Shown: positions 11,200 through 24,294 of the stretch, piece after piece
How positions within the stretch are numbered: the first letter of the stretch is position 1
Layout: each line of letters begins with the position of its first letter
Origin: Cyanophora paradoxa CCMP329
Lineage: Eukaryota; Plantae; Glaucophyta
DNA: 64,000 nucleotides
Direction of reading: 5' to 3'
Assembly (NCBI GenBank): GCA_004431415.1
Contig: QPMI01000179.1
Span: 130,987 to 194,986, forward strand
Translations under genes and position numbers: made by a program
The notes under the pieces: model-generated
Told to the model about the DNA's origin: nothing
Database searches by the model: none
What the model saw: only the letters and a program-made list of their open reading frames with translations

Positions 11200-11920
11200 C
11201 ACTCTGCACACGCCTAATGATTGCAACACATCTTTTCCTTCAGGCACCGTCTGGCCATTTATGCCAAACAGATTCTTTGGATGCAATTTCTTGTTGTCAA
11301 AAATAATACGTGCTGCTCCTGCGATGAAAGAATAGTTGATTTAAGATGATCCGGTACGCAAATACGGACAAGTTTGTCCGAAGGCCGAGTGTGGACGAGA
11401 ACGCCATCTTGCACAGAAAACTTGCCTCTCTTGAGTTGGCGTTCGGCCTCCTTGTTGACACCTTGTGGTTCTGATGGGTTGCGGCCAGAAATGATCAAAG
11501 AACACTTAGGAGAACATGTTTACCCGTCATTTGCAAGAGTCTCGTGTATTTATTCCAAAAGCCAGTTCAAGCCCCCAACTGACTATCACCCACCAGGCAC
11601 AGAGCTATGCTACGAGGGGGAGTTTGGGTTCGATATACAACATTTCGCTCCGTAGTTGAGAGGGCCACGTCCTCGCTGGCCAACTCAATCACGCTCAACG
11701 TAGGGGATGAGACGATCAGCGTGAACCGTAACCTGGTCACCGGTAGAATAGCCAAGCTTGTTGTCACCACCAACAAAATGAACCACGTAGGACACACCAT
11801 GTCCACGAGAGGCATCAGCAACGATCTCCCAAAGACCAGTGAACTTGGGGTCCATCTTGCGCAAACGAGTCGAAGGGGTCTTGACGCAGACCAGTTCACC
11901 TTGAACGAACAACGGGTCAC
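11200..11920 (-). pseudogene. Scrambled Ty3/gypsy fragments: integrase C-terminus (GPY/F) with 3' UTR, integrase N-linker, PR-RT spacer domain
   Basis: FVQGELVCVK..KMDPKFTGLWEIV..VTVHADRLIPY (11685-11912); FSVQDGVLV..RICVPDHLKSTIL (11320-11490); IIFDNKKLHPKNLFGING (~11250-11310), similar to IIFDSSYLHDKELYGING in array C. Confidence 0.75.
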
Positions 11921-11926
11921 CCGAGG

Positions 11927-12712
11927 GTGAATGATGAGGTTTGTGGTTTAGAATCCACAGAGAGACCCAATTTAAATGATAACTCCTTTGATAAAATTTT
12001 GATTATTCGAGTTAAAGAGCTGAGAGCTGATAAGAACTCTGGTGTGGTTAAAACAACTCGACTTCTTGTCACAAATGCTAACTTCTTTCAGCCTACTAAT
12101 GGAGGTCGTGATGCCTATGGGCATCCTCTGAAAGCTCTTGATTTTGATAAAAACACTGCTGCTGTAACTGTGAGATCAGGAGGAGCTTTCATTGGTGGTG
12201 GCTGTCGAGTGTCTGGTCTTTTCTCTGCATCAGTTTCGTATAATGATGTCCCAGATCCCTCTGATACACCTGAAAACGTAGACAACCCCCAAAGAGTTCG
12301 CCTATATAATCCAATCGCTCAGCAGCCATTTATAAATTTCTATCTCACAACAGAAGTGACCCTTGCAAACTCAGATGCTTTCTTGGCTGTCACAGGTGAA
12401 AGAATCGTGAGAGATAAACCAATCCGCAAAGCTAAGATAGCTCTTTGCCAACCAGGAAATAGCCAAGCAGGCAATAAGTATCTGTTCTTTGTTTTCCCAG
12501 TGATGGACTATGGACAGGGATTCTGCTCTTTAAATGCAGATGGTGTTACATATGACTTGAATGTCAACAAAATAGGAGCCTATAATATTCAGATGGTGGG
12601 GCTGCGAACTGATATTGCTGCTGTTACTTCTCTTCGAGGCTTCAATGCTGCCAACATTATTCAAACAGGCAGATACAATGAACCTGATGTAATTGACACA
12701 CCAACAGTTTAA
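11927..12712 (+). CDS. AT-rich intronless hypothetical protein, 5'-truncated, possibly from an endogenous virus or Polinton
   Basis: 261 open codons with composition unlike the flanks, beta-rich looking sequence; a second aaaATGgca start follows at 12838. The 3' end is tandemly duplicated (103-bp period). Confidence 0.45.
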   Translation: MNDEVCGLESTERPNLNDNSFDKILIIRVKELRADKNSGVVKTTRLLVTNANFFQPTNGGRDAYGHPLKALDFDKNTAAVTVRSGGAFIGGGCRVSGLFSASVSYNDVPDPSDTPENVDNPQRVRLYNPIAQQPFINFYLTTEVTLANSDAFLAVTGERIVRDKPIRKAKIALCQPGNSQAGNKYLFFVFPVMDYGQGFCSLNADGVTYDLNVNKIGAYNIQMVGLRTDIAAVTSLRGFNAANIIQTGRYNEPDVIDTPTV

Positions 12713-12889
12713 TTAAATTGCTGCTGTTACTTCTCTTCGAGGCTTCAATGCTGCCAACATTATTCAAACAGGCAGATACAATGAACCTGATGTAATTGAC
12801 ACACCAACAGTTTAATTAAATGTCTGCTTAATGCAAAATGGCAGCACCAACACCAATAGAACTAATTAAATGTCTGCTTAATCCCGCCG

Positions 12890-15800
12890 GCCCCTGCCCC
12901 AAAGTCTCTGTGCTCGCCTATGCCGATGACACAACCATGCTTGCCAGCTCGGCTCAGGGTCTCCAACATATGCTCGACTGGCTGTCTGAATTCTTACACA
13001 TTCATGGCATGAACCTAAACGCAAAAAGACGGAAATATTTCACTGGAAGCCACCATGATCCGAAGAGCCCACCAATAGCAAATATTACGTCCGGATTGGT
13101 GGCACTCGGGCTGAGGTTGGCCACGTTCTCTCCCCCACCTCGCCCTTCCGGGTCCTTGGCGTCCAGTTCACTGCCAACCTGTCTTGGACCCACCAAGTCC
13201 GCCTACTCAAATCCCAGCTCCAGTCAGCAATCTCGATCCTAGCCACGAAGAAGATTACCGTTCACGAATTCCAAGTGATTTTACACCGGGTTCTATTTCC
13301 TAAACTGGCATACCCCCTCCGTATCATGACCTTAACGCCATCCCAATGTCAATCCCTCGACGCTGTCTGGCTCAGCGCGGCCAAACACACTGCCAACTTG
13401 GCCCAATCCGTCTCCACGGCTGCATTCTCTTCCATTTATCGCCTTCCCTCCATAGCAGTCATCCAACGCCAACAGCAGTGCGTCGACGAGCGCCTCCGCC
13501 AGGAACTCGCCTCCCACACATCATCACTCTACGGCCAGATATACCGGCAACGTGTCCTCGACACCCAGGCCCGGTACGGGCTCCCTCTTCTCCCCCACGA
13601 ATATCCGAACCTCCCCTCGGGGCCTCTTACACTACAAAAAAATATCACGCTTGCCATCACGGCAGACCTGACCTCCACCTCCCATCACATCCTCACAACG
13701 TGCGATTCCTGGACGCACGGCCTCCCCTCCCGTCGGTCCCATCTCCGACGCGAGTATATTATATCATCGCAATTGACGCCCCTCACCCTCCAACAAGCCG
13801 GACAACGACTCTATCGCTGCGGCCTCCTCACAATCCGTGACATTACGGCCTCTGACGGCTCCCTTGCTGACTGGTCCCTCCTCTAGAGTCATGGCCGTGT
13901 CCCGGCATACTACAAACGTGCCCCCTCCTGGTGGGACGCGGTCCGCGAAGAACTCTCTCTCCCCCGCCTTTCCACCCGGTCCCCTTTCCTCCCCTGATAC
14001 CCTCTGCCCCCGCCGCCCTCCATCCCAGACATTCGTCGCTCTCTCCAAGCCAATGCCGTCCTTGCGGGACTCAAAATTGGTGACTTTGTCTGGACATCCC
14101 AAGGCCTAGTTGGCCGCGTCGTAGGGAAACCCCCTATCCCGGACGAAAACCCGGACGAACTGGCTTCCGAGGACTCCGACGCGGACCCTGACTGCTCCCG
14201 AGATTCAGAGTATAACTATGGGGTGGAACTCGTCCATTACTGCCTCATCCCGTACGATGAACTTTCCGCGCGCGACCCCCGTCTATCGGCTCTTGAACTC
14301 GACCCCGCCTGGCGTGAACGCAAACTGGAATTCCAATTCTGCCCTCACCCAAAGTATTGCGGCTCTGAACAGCTTCATCGCGAACTGGGCCTCTCTACGA
14401 CTGCTTGCCGATGGGTCGAGTACGCATCTCACGTTCGGCGAATTCCAGCAAGCTCCTCGTGCGAATCGAAGGGCTGGTCCCCGAGCCTCTCCAACCTAAA
14501 TAGGCCGGCTCCCACCTGCTCCCGGCAGCTGCCCGACTCCACCTCTGCTTTCACATGTTCCCACTCCAGAGGGCAGCAGACCACCCGCTCTCAGCCCACA
14601 CGAGCAGCTAAAAAGGCCCGCCTTGACCCCTCCTCCGACACCTCCTCGGCCCAATATGACCCCGAACTTCCCCCTCCCAACCTCCCCCGCGAAATCACAC
14701 ATATTGGCTTCATCGATCTCTGGCTCCGGGAAACTGACTGGTGGGACTCTTTCCGCGCGGAGGCCCAGGCCACCAATGTTGCCCTCGAGCGACGCCCACG
14801 TCCGATGACCCCTGCCTCACAAGCCGACCGTGAATTCTATGAATCTTCGGCCGGGCTCGACTTTGTCTTCGCCACCTCTCGAGCCCTCTTTGCCGAGCTC
14901 TGCCCTACGCTCTGTGCCCTAAACTCCCCGCCCCCTCCCCCCGGCCCTACTCCCCGGGTAATATACACGGACGCCAGCACACAAAAACAGGGCTCTGCCT
15001 CTGTCCGAACCACCTACGCTGGCCTTGCACCTCTCGAAAATAATCCCGACCTGCCTGACAAAATCGAGTTTGCCCGCCGCCTCCCCGGCGTCCAACACAA
15101 CGTGAACCTGGGAGAGCTAGCAGGCGCGATCTCCGCAGCATTCACGTACTTCGGGCCCGTGGGCGGGAAAATTATCACGGACAGTCAGAACACTATCGGA
15201 GCCCTGACAGCTTTCGCCTTTCGAGACCCTTCATCCTTCTCCCATCCCATCAATTTCCGCACCCTGCTCCGCTGAGAAGACGGGGCCTTTCTCCTCAACG
15301 CTCGAACGCAATACGCCATCCGTATTGCCCAAGACCCGAACTTCCAAGTCACGCTACAATGGGTCCCCTCTCACCAACCAAAGACCATTCCGCGGCCGAC
15401 TCCACCGGCTCCGACCCCAACGACGACCCGCCGCCCGGCCCCCTCCTCCCCCCGCCGACCCCGCATCCCCCTCAGCGGACCAGCTGCCCTCCTACCTACT
15501 GCCCCGCAGACGTTCCCTGCCTCGGCTCCTTACCACTATATTGGTGGAATGGACATCCCTGATGCCCGACTCCTTTTTTCGGACGACTCCTCCCCGCGCC
15601 TCCCCCCGTCACTCTTCTCGTCCCTCTTCCCGCCTCGCCGGCACCTTGGCACATATATTCTAGCTGACAGCCCCGCCGACTACAATTTCCTCCGATGCCA
15701 AGCGGACCTCGTTGACTATGTAGATGCCTCCGAGACTACCAACACCCACCTGGCCCTTGACCTCGTCCCCCTCGCGTCCGCCAGACTTGAACGCGCCTTC

Positions 15801-16580
15801 ACGGCGGCGGAAACCGTCATCTGGAACCGCTGCATCCGACTTCCCAAAGATCATACTCTTTTTCTCTCCGACGAACACCTGACCATTGTCTCGGACTGCG
15901 ACATCCTCCGCGCCTACTCCGCTTTCCTTGAAGCCTTAGGACGCAGAGACATCACCCACAACATCTCCTTCCAGTGCTGCTCCCCTCCCAACCCAATCTT
16001 CCTTCAACCACTCCCCGAGGATGCCCCTGATGCTGACTACCCTGATCCCGGGCCTACAAGGAAACTTGTCCTCGACTACTACTTAGCCCATCCTAGGGCT
16101 TCCGGCCCCGCCTGGAATTTCTACCAAACTTCCCTCTGCAAACCTGCTGTCCCTGCCGACTGCGACACGCCTCTTCCCGCCTGGTACTGGGACGAGGATC
16201 TCACACTCGCCCCCACCTCCCAGACTGAGGCTGGCACCCCTCTGGTTGCGTACCACCGTTGCGACCCTGGCATGTGGGGCATCCCTATTTCCTCCCTGAT
16301 CGCAGAACAATGGGCACGGGGACCCGCCCTGTCCTGCCCGCACTGCCACCCCACTCCCGCTCCGCCTGGCCCCCCACCCACGTTCCCTCTCCGCGACCAA
16401 ACCGGCGCCCTTCCTGTTTTATTCGAACGCTATGGACGCCGAGCCATCCCCTACTCAGCTGCCATCGATCCTGACGGCCCCCGGTATGATCGCCGAGTAC
16501 TTCCCCTCCTCGACGGCATAAAATCTCGCCTGGCCGCCCTTAAAGCGGCCCCCCTCTCCCTCATCAACCCCAACCCTAGG
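12890..16580 (+). mobile_element. Degenerate non-LTR retrotransposon: RT C-terminal half plus RNase H, with long Pro-rich extensions
   Basis: VLAYADDTTML..GMNLNAK, FRVLGVQF..LSW, VLFPKLAYPL (RT and thumb); IYTDAS..NLGELAGA..IITDSQN..LQWVPSH (RNase H catalytic motifs). Several stops and frameshifts. Confidence 0.85.
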
Positions 16581-18267
16581 AAACAGGGGAGCACTCACCC
16601 CAAACAAGAACACCAAAAAGAGACACCCATTCACATCATCCAAACCTGATAGAGTGTTCTGGAACACTCCAGCAATCCCTGCACACAGTTTTTTGTGGGT
16701 GGGGACCCCTGTGAGATTCCAGGGGCGATAGGGGGAGCACTGAGCCCAAACAAGAGATCAGCAAAGCGACACCCCTCCTCGCCATGCACACCTTACAGAG
16801 TGCTTCAGACCACCCAAGGGCTCCCTGCACACTGTTTTGTGTGGGCTGGGACCCCTGTGACATTTTGGGGGGGCACCTGGGGGAGGCGCTGACCCCAAAA
16901 CAAGAAAAAAGAAATACAACACCCATTCTCCTCATGTGAACCTGACAGAGTGCTCTGGAACACTCCAAGGCTCCCTACCCAGTGTTTTGTATGGATGGGG
17001 ACCACTGTGAATATTTGTGGGATTACAGGGGGAGCGCTAACCCAAAACAAGAAACTTGAAATAACGAGACCCATTCTCCTCATGCCAACCGGACAGAGTT
17101 CTGTGGAACCCCCCAGGGCTTCCTACCCACGGCTTTGTGTGGATGGGGACTCCTGTGACATTTTGGGGGGCAACAGGGGGAGCACTGACCCCAAACAAGA
17201 ACACCAAAAAGAGACACCCATTCACCTCATCCACACCTGATAGAGTGTTCTGGAACACTCCAGCAATCCCTGCACACTGTTTTGTGTGGGTGGGGACCCC
17301 TGTGAGATTTCGGAGGGGCAACTGGGGGACGTGCTGACCCCAAAACAAGAAACTAGAAAAACAACACCCATTCTCCTCATGTGAACCTGACAGAGTGCTC
17401 TGGAACACTCCAAGGCTCCCTTCCCAGTGTTTTGTATGGATGGGGACCACTGTGAATATTTGTGGGATAACAGGGGGAGCGCTGACCCCAAACAAGAACC
17501 TAGAAATAACGACACCCATTCTCCTCATGCCAACTGGACAGAGTTCTGTGGAACCCCCCAGGGCTTCCTACCCACGGCTTTGTGTGGACAGGGACTCCTG
17601 TGACATTTTGGGGGGCAACAGGGGGAGCACTGATCCCAAACAAGAACACCAAAGAGAGACACCCATTCACCTCATCCAAACCTGATAGAGTGTTCTGGAA
17701 CACTCCAGCAATCCCTGCACACTGTTTTGTGTGGGTGGGGACCCCTTTGAGATTCCAGGGGGCGATAGGGGGAGCACTGAGCCCAAACAAGAGATCAGCA
17801 AAGCGACACCCCTCCTCGCCATGCACACCTTACAGAGTGCTTCAGACCACCCAAGGGCTCTTTGCAACACTGTTTTGTGTGGGTGGGGACCCCTGTGAGA
17901 TTTCGGAGGGGCAACTGGGGGACGTGCTGACCCCAAAACAAGAAAAAAGAAATACAACACCCATTCTCCTCATGTGAACCTGACAGAGTGCTCTGGAACA
18001 CTCCAAGGCTCCCTACCCAGTGTTTTGTAAGGATGGGGACCACTGTGAATATTTGTGGGATAACAGGGGGAGCGCTGACCCCAAACAAGAACCTAGAGAT
18101 AACGACACCCATTCTCCTCATGCCAACCGGACAGAGTTCTCTGGAACCCCCCAGGGCTTCCTACCCACGGCTTTGTGTGGACGGGGACTCCTGTGACATT
18201 TTGGGGGGCAACAGGAGGAGCACTGGCCCCAAACAAGAACACCAAAAAGAGACACCCATTCACATCA
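16581..18267 (-). repeat. Satellite A, tetramer subfamily (445- and 593-bp periods)
   Basis: Homologous blocks at 16950, 17395 and 17988. Confidence 0.95.
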
Positions 18268-18703
18268 TCTCCCCCACGAATATCCGAACCTCCCCTCGGG
18301 GCCTCTTACACTACAAAAAAATATCACGCTTGCCATCACGGCAGACCTGACCTCCACCTCCCATCACATCCTCACAACGTGCGATTCCTGGACGCACGGC
18401 CTCCCCTCCCGTCGGTCCCATCTCCGACGCGAGTATATTATATCATCGCAATTGACGCCCCTCACCCTCCAACAAGCCAGACAACGACTCTATCGCTGCG
18501 GCCTCCTCACAATCCGTGACATTACGGCCTCTGACGGCTCCCTTGCTGACTGGTCCCTCCTCTAGAGTCATGGCCGTGTCCCGGCATACTACAAACGTGC
18601 CCCCTCCTGGTGGGACGCGGTCCGCGAAGAACTCTTTCTCCCCCGCCTTTCCACCCGGTCCCCTTTCCTCCCCTGATACCCTCTGCCCCCGCCGCCCTCC
18701 ATC
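18268..18703 (+). repeat. 436-bp duplicate of LINE segment 13589-14024, at the point where satellite A switches orientation
   Basis: Near-identical sequence, offset 4679 bp; at least two substitutions seen. Confidence 0.95.
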
Positions 18704-21700
18704 TGCCCCTCCGAAATCTCACAGGGGTCCCCACCCACACAAAACAGTGTGCAGGGAGCCCTTGGGTGGTCTGGAGCACTCTCTAAGATGTGCATGGCGA
18801 GGAGGGGTGTCTCTTTGCTGATCTCTTGTTTGGGCTCAGTGCTCCCCCTATTGCCCATGGAATCTCACAGGGGTCCCCACCCACACAAACCAGTGTGCAG
18901 GGATTGCTGGAGTGTTCCAGAACACTCTATCAGGTTTGGATAATGTGAATGGGTGTCTCTTTTTGGTGTTCTTGTTTGGGGTCAGTGCTCCCCCTGTTGC
19001 CCCCCAAAATGTCACAGGAGTCCCCGTCCACACATAGCCGTGGGTAGGAAGCCCTGGGGGGTTCCAGAGAACTCTGTCCAGTTGGCATGAGGAGATTGGG
19101 TGTCGTTATTTCTAGTTTCTTGTTTGGGGTCAGCGCTCCCCCTGTCATCCCCCAAAAGTTTACAGGGGTCCCCGTCCACACAAAATAGTAAGTAGGGAGT
19201 GCTGGTGTGTTCCAGAGCACTCTGTCAGGTTCACATGAGGAGAATGGGTGTTGTATTTCTAGTTTCTTGTTTTGGGGACAGCACGTCCCCCAGTTGCCCC
19301 TCCGAAATCTCACAGGGGTCCCCACCCACACAATACAGTGTGCAGGGAGCCCTTGGGTGGTCTGGAGCACTCTCTAAGATGTGCATGACGAGGAGGGGTG
19401 TCTCTTTGCTGATCTCTTGTTTGGGCTCAGTGCTCCCCCTATCGCCCCTGGAATCTCACAGGGGTCCCCACCCAGAAGAAGAAGAGTATGTATAAGACAT
19501 GCCCACCCACAAAAACCAGTGTGCAGGGATTGCTGGAGTGTTCCAGAACACTCTATCAGGTTTGGATGATGTGAATGGGTGTCTCTTTTTGGTGTTTTTG
19601 TTTGGGGTCAGTGCTCCCCCTGTTGCCCCCCAAAATGTCACAGGAGTCCCCGTCCACACAAAGCCGTGGGTAGGAAGCCCTGGGGGGTTCCAGAGCACTC
19701 TGTCCAGTTGGCATGAGGAGATTGGGTGTCGTTATTTCTAGTTTCTTGTTTGGGGTCAGCGCTTCCCCTGTCGTCCCCCAAAAGTTTACAGGGGTCCCCG
19801 TCCACACAAAATAGTAAGCAGGGAGTGCTGGTGTGTTCCAGAGCACTCTGTCAGGTTCACATGAGGAGAATGGGTGTTGTATTTCTAGTTTCTCGTTTTG
19901 GGGACAGCAGGTCCCCCAGTTGCCCCTCCAAAATCTCACAGGGGTCCCCACCCACACAAAACAGTGTGCAGGGAGCCCTTGGGTGGTCTGGAGCACTCTC
20001 TAAGATGTGCATGGCGAGGAGGGGTGTCTCTTTGCTGATCTCTTGTTTGGGCTCAGTGCTCCCCCTATTGCCCCTGGAATCTCACAGGGGTCCCCACCCA
20101 CACAAACCAGTGTGCAGGGATTGCTGGAGTGTTCCAGAACACTCTATCAGGTTTGGATGATGTGAATGGGTGTCTCTTTTTGGTGTTCTTGTTTGGGGTC
20201 AGTGCTCCCCCTGTTGCCCCCCAAAATGTCACAGGAGTCCCCGTCCACACATAGCCATGGGTAGGAAGCCCTGGGGGGTTCCAGAGAACTCTGTCCAGTT
20301 GGCATGAGGAGATTGGGTGTCATTATTTCAAGTTTCTTGTTTGGGGTCAGCGCTCCCCCTGTCATCCCCCAAAAGTTTACAGGGGTCCCCGTCCACACAA
20401 AATAGTAAGTAGGGAGTGCTGGTGTGTTCCAGAGCACTCTGTCAGGTTCACATGAGGAGAATGGGTGTTGTATTTCTAGTTTCTTGTTTTGGGGACAGCA
20501 GGTCCCCCAGTTGCCCCTCCAAAATCTCACAGGGGTCCCCACCCACACAAACCAGTGTGCAGGGAGCCCTTGGGTGGTCTGGAGCACTCTCTAAGATGTG
20601 CATGACGAGGAGGGGTGTCTCTTTGCTGATCTCTTGTTTGGGCCCAGTGCTCCCCCTATCGCCTCTGGAATTTCACAGGGGTCCCCACCCACAAAAACCA
20701 GTGTGCAGGGATTGCTGGAGTGTTCCAGAACACTCTATCAGGTTTGGATGAGGTGAATGGGTGTCTCTTTTTGGTGTTCTTGTTTGGGGTCAGTGCTCCC
20801 CCTGTTGCCCCCCAAAATGTCACAGGAGTCCCCATCCACACAAAGCCGTGGGTAGGAAGCCCTGGGGGGTTCCACAGAACTCTGTCCGGTTGGCATGAGG
20901 AGAATGGGTCTCGTTATTTCTAGTTTCTTGTTTGGGGTCAGCGCTTCCCCTGTCGTCCCCCATAAGTTTACAGGGGTCCCCGTCCACACAAAATAGTAAG
21001 CAGGGAGTGCTGGTGTGTTCCAGAGCACTCTGTCAGGTTCACATGAGGAGAATGGGTGTTGTATTTCTAGTTTCTCGTTTTGGGGACAGCAGGTCCCCCA
21101 GTTGCCCCTCCAAAATCTCACAGGGGTCCCCACCCACACAAAACAGTGTGCAGGGAGCCCTTGGGTGGTCTGGAGCACTCTCTAAGGTGTGCATGGCGAG
21201 GAGGGGTGTCTCTTTGCTGATCTCTTGTTTGGGCCCAGTGCTCCCCCTATCGCCCCTGGAATCTGACAGGGGTCCCCACCCACACAAACCAGTGTGCAGG
21301 GATTGCTGGAGTGTTCCAGAACACTCTATCAGGTTTGGATGATGTGAATGGGTGTCTCTTTTTGGTGTTCTTGTTTGGGGTCAGTGCTCCCCCTGTTGCC
21401 CCCCAAAATGTCACAGGAGTCCCCGTCCACACAAAGCCGTGGGTAGGAAGCCCTGGGGGGTTCCAGAGAACTCTGTCCAGTTGGCATGAGGAGATTGGGT
21501 GTCGTTATTTCTAGTTTCTTGTTTGGGGTCAGCGCTCCCCCTGTCATCCCCCAAAAGTTTACAGGGGTCCCCGTCCACACAAAATAGTAAGTAGGGAGTG
21601 CTGGTGTGTTCCAGAGCACTCTGTCAGGTTCACATGAGGAGAATGGGTGTTGTATTTCTAGTTTCTTGTTTTGGGGACAGCAGGTCCCCCAGTTGCCCCT

Positions 21701-22138
21701 CCGAAATCTCACAGGGGTCCCTACCCACACAATACAGTGTGCAGGGAGCCCTTGGGTGGTCTGGAGCACTCTCGAAGATGTGCATGACGAGGAGGGGTGT
21801 CTCTTTGCTGATCTCTTGTTTGGGCTCAGTGCTCCCCCTATCGCCCCTGGAACAAGAGATCAGCAAAGAGACACCCCTCCTCGCCATGCACATCTTCGAG
21901 AGTGCTCCAGACCACCCAAGGGCTCCCTGCACACTGTTTTGTGTGGGCGGGGACCCCTGTGACATTTTGGAGGGGCAAGTGGGGGATGTGCTGACCCCAA
22001 AACAAGAAACTAGAAATACAACACCCATTCTCCTCATGTGAACCTGACAGAGTGCTCTGGAACACACCAGCACTCCCTACTTACTATTTTGTGTGGACGG
22101 GGACCCCTGTAAACGTTTGGGGGATGACAGGGGGAGCG
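18704..22138 (+). repeat. Satellite A array with 591-bp tetrameric HOR; orientation flips at ~21852
   Basis: Homologous blocks at 19556, 20147, 20738 and 21329 (591-bp period). The 18930-19556 period is 626 because of a 35-bp net insertion. Confidence 0.95.
19475..19501 (-). mobile_element. 27-bp 5'-truncated retroposon insertion with (CTT)n tail and 8-bp TSD (cccaccca)
   Basis: gaagaagaagagtatgtataagacatg flanked by cccaccca at 19467-19474 and 19502-19509; absent from sister HOR units; the same sequence is at 35464-35517. Confidence 0.8.
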
Positions 22139-22598
22139 CAGAAAATCGATTTCCTTTCTGATCAACCATGTGCACCAACAACAGAAGTGCCAACAAGTGT
22201 GGAGGCATCCAGCGACTGTAGGACTGTCCCAGAACGTGCGCACATTCTGGTTTTGGAACACGACGTGGAAGTTCCGGCTGGCCAACAAGTAAAGGTGTAT
22301 TTGCAGACAAGAAATTACTTTTCCGACTGCAAAGGCTACCTGGAGAACTTCCACCAATTAGATTCAAATCCTGAGATCAAAATAACGAATATCTTGAACC
22401 GTTGTCGAGGCGGGAGGTTATTTGCTCACGTGGCCAACCTTAGAAGCCGTTTTGATGCGCCACATGTGATTTTGCGGAAAGGCATGAAAGTAGCCCGATT
22501 TGTACCACATACACTCGGTAGACAAACTCAGCAGAACTTTCCCAAAGTGTATGACTGTGGAATCGCATTGAATTATGATCAGTTGGGAAACGGAACAT
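22139..22598 (+). pseudogene. Gypsy pol fragment: dUTPase-fold-like spacer between protease and RT
   Basis: LVLEHDVEVPAGQQVKVYL...LFAHVANL...VILRKGMKVARF parallels VAKTVDIPAQNGVRV...WAVMYN...LECGKEIGEW in the intact element. Confidence 0.6.
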
Positions 22599-22599
22599 A

Positions 22600-23030
22600 C
22601 CTTACAGAGTGCTCCAGACCACCTGAGGGCTCCCTGCACACTGTTTTGTGTGGGTGGGAACCCCTGTGAGATTCCAGGGGACGATAGGGGGAGCACACAG
22701 CCCAAATAAGAGATCAGCAAAGAGACACCCCTCCTCGCCATGCACATCTTAGAGAGTGCTCCAGACAACCCAAGGGCTCCCTGCACACTGTTTTGTGTGG
22801 GTGGGGATGCCTGTGAGTTTGGAGGGGCCACTGGGGGAAGCGCTCCCCCTGTCGCTCACCCAAAATCTCACAGGGGTCCCCAGACACATAAGACAGTGGC
22901 AGGGAGCCCTTCGGGGTTCCAGAGCACTCTGTCAGCTTTGCATGATGCAAATTGGTGTCTCTTTTTGGGGTTCTTGTTTGGGGTCAGTGCTCCCCCTGTT
23001 GCTCGCCCCAAATCTCCTAGGGGTCCCCAC
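22600..23030. repeat. Satellite A, ~3 monomers with an internal inversion near 22840
   Basis: Minus-orientation monomers up to ggggaagcgct, then plus-orientation ccccctgtcgc...ggggtcagtgctccccc. Confidence 0.9.
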
Positions 23031-23587
23031 ATACTGCCCTTACTTCTCTCCCGCAGACTTCGACATCCCAGTTGGCGACATCCCCATGGAACTGGAAGGA
23101 GTCCAGACCCAGGGGAAGAAGAGCGCAATTTAGTCGATCCTGTAATGGAACATTTGAATCAGAAGATTAAACCTGCTTACTGTGGAGGCCTTCTGGAAGC
23201 AGGTTGGGAGTCACAGGTGGCCCCCTCAACTCGAAGTCGCCACGCCGCCGTGGTCCGCGACTGACTCGCAAGATGCCTCCCTCCCATTTCGAGGGTGGAA
23301 TCCAAATTACATGTTCCTGCCAGCTTGTTCACGCCCCCTAAGCTCCCGGCGGCGAGCTCGCGATTTTTTGCACATGAATCTGCACGTTCCATGACACGGT
23401 TACCAAGTCGGCGGCCCCTGTGAGCCCGGGAGAGGGAACTGGTGCCTGCGGAAGTACATGCAGAGTATTTGGCTTGGAAGCACACGTCGCCTGGGCACTG
23501 CGCTGGGGGAGAACGACTCCCTAATTGGGTTCACCCGAGATCAAATTCTTGGGGGCCGGTATCCGGTCTGTCCGTGCCTTTCTAGCT

Positions 23588-24294
23588 ACAATGAGCGTCG
23601 AACGACTTTGAGAAGGTAATCAAATCATCGACAAAAATCAGAACTGAAATCCACAAATTGTCATTAAACATTCCTTCCATTATGTGCTAAAAGGTAGGAG
23701 GGGCATTGGTCAAGCCCATTGCCATAACATTCATCTGAAAAAGACCAAAAGGAGTCCTGAAGGCTGTTTTCTCCTTATCTTCCGGATTCATTTTGACCTG
23801 CCAGAAGCCCGATGTGAAATCCATGTTGGAAAAATACTCGTTGCCTTGCAGAGCATCAAGCATATCTTTTGGTGACAGCATTCAACTGACGATAATTTGT
23901 AACGAGACGTTTCTCATCTGTGCCGTGCTTGGAAACAAAGAATGCAGGTGCAGCCCGAGGAGATTCACTGGGCTCTGCAGTGCTCCTGTGAATGAGATCT
24001 TCCAGAGTGATTTTAAACAATTCGTGGTCCTTAGGAGAGAAATTCATGTGTCGTGCATTGATAGGGTGAGCATCGCCAATATCAATTGCATGATGTCCAG
24101 GCAAACACTTCAAAGGGTCAAATATAAACTTGTCGACAAACAGATCACAATTATTCTTCAATAGGGACTCCATCATCTGCCTCTGCTCCTTCGAATCACC
24201 AGAATGTCCAAAATCCAAGTCCTTTATTTTCTCAAAATAGGATTTTTCAAAGCTGGGGTTGATAGTTGAAACTTCGTTTTTGTAAAACTTGTCC
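23588..24294 (-). pseudogene. Decayed RT fragment of gypsy family 2
   Basis: Closely matches 35307-36113 but carries stops and a deletion, and lacks the 54-bp insertion, so it shows the empty site. Confidence 0.9.

Noticed and set aside
19475-19501. gtatgtataagaca resembles the Tn5/Nextera mosaic end (AGATGTGTATAAGAGACAG)
   Set aside because: Several mismatches, a (GAA)n tail and TSDs of 8 and 13 bp at two sites fit retroposition better than adapter carry-over.
1878-23030. Repeat/unique alternation as a CRISPR array
   Set aside because: Repeats are ~147 bp and tandem, inserts vary from ~100 bp to several kb, there are no cas genes, and the context is eukaryotic.
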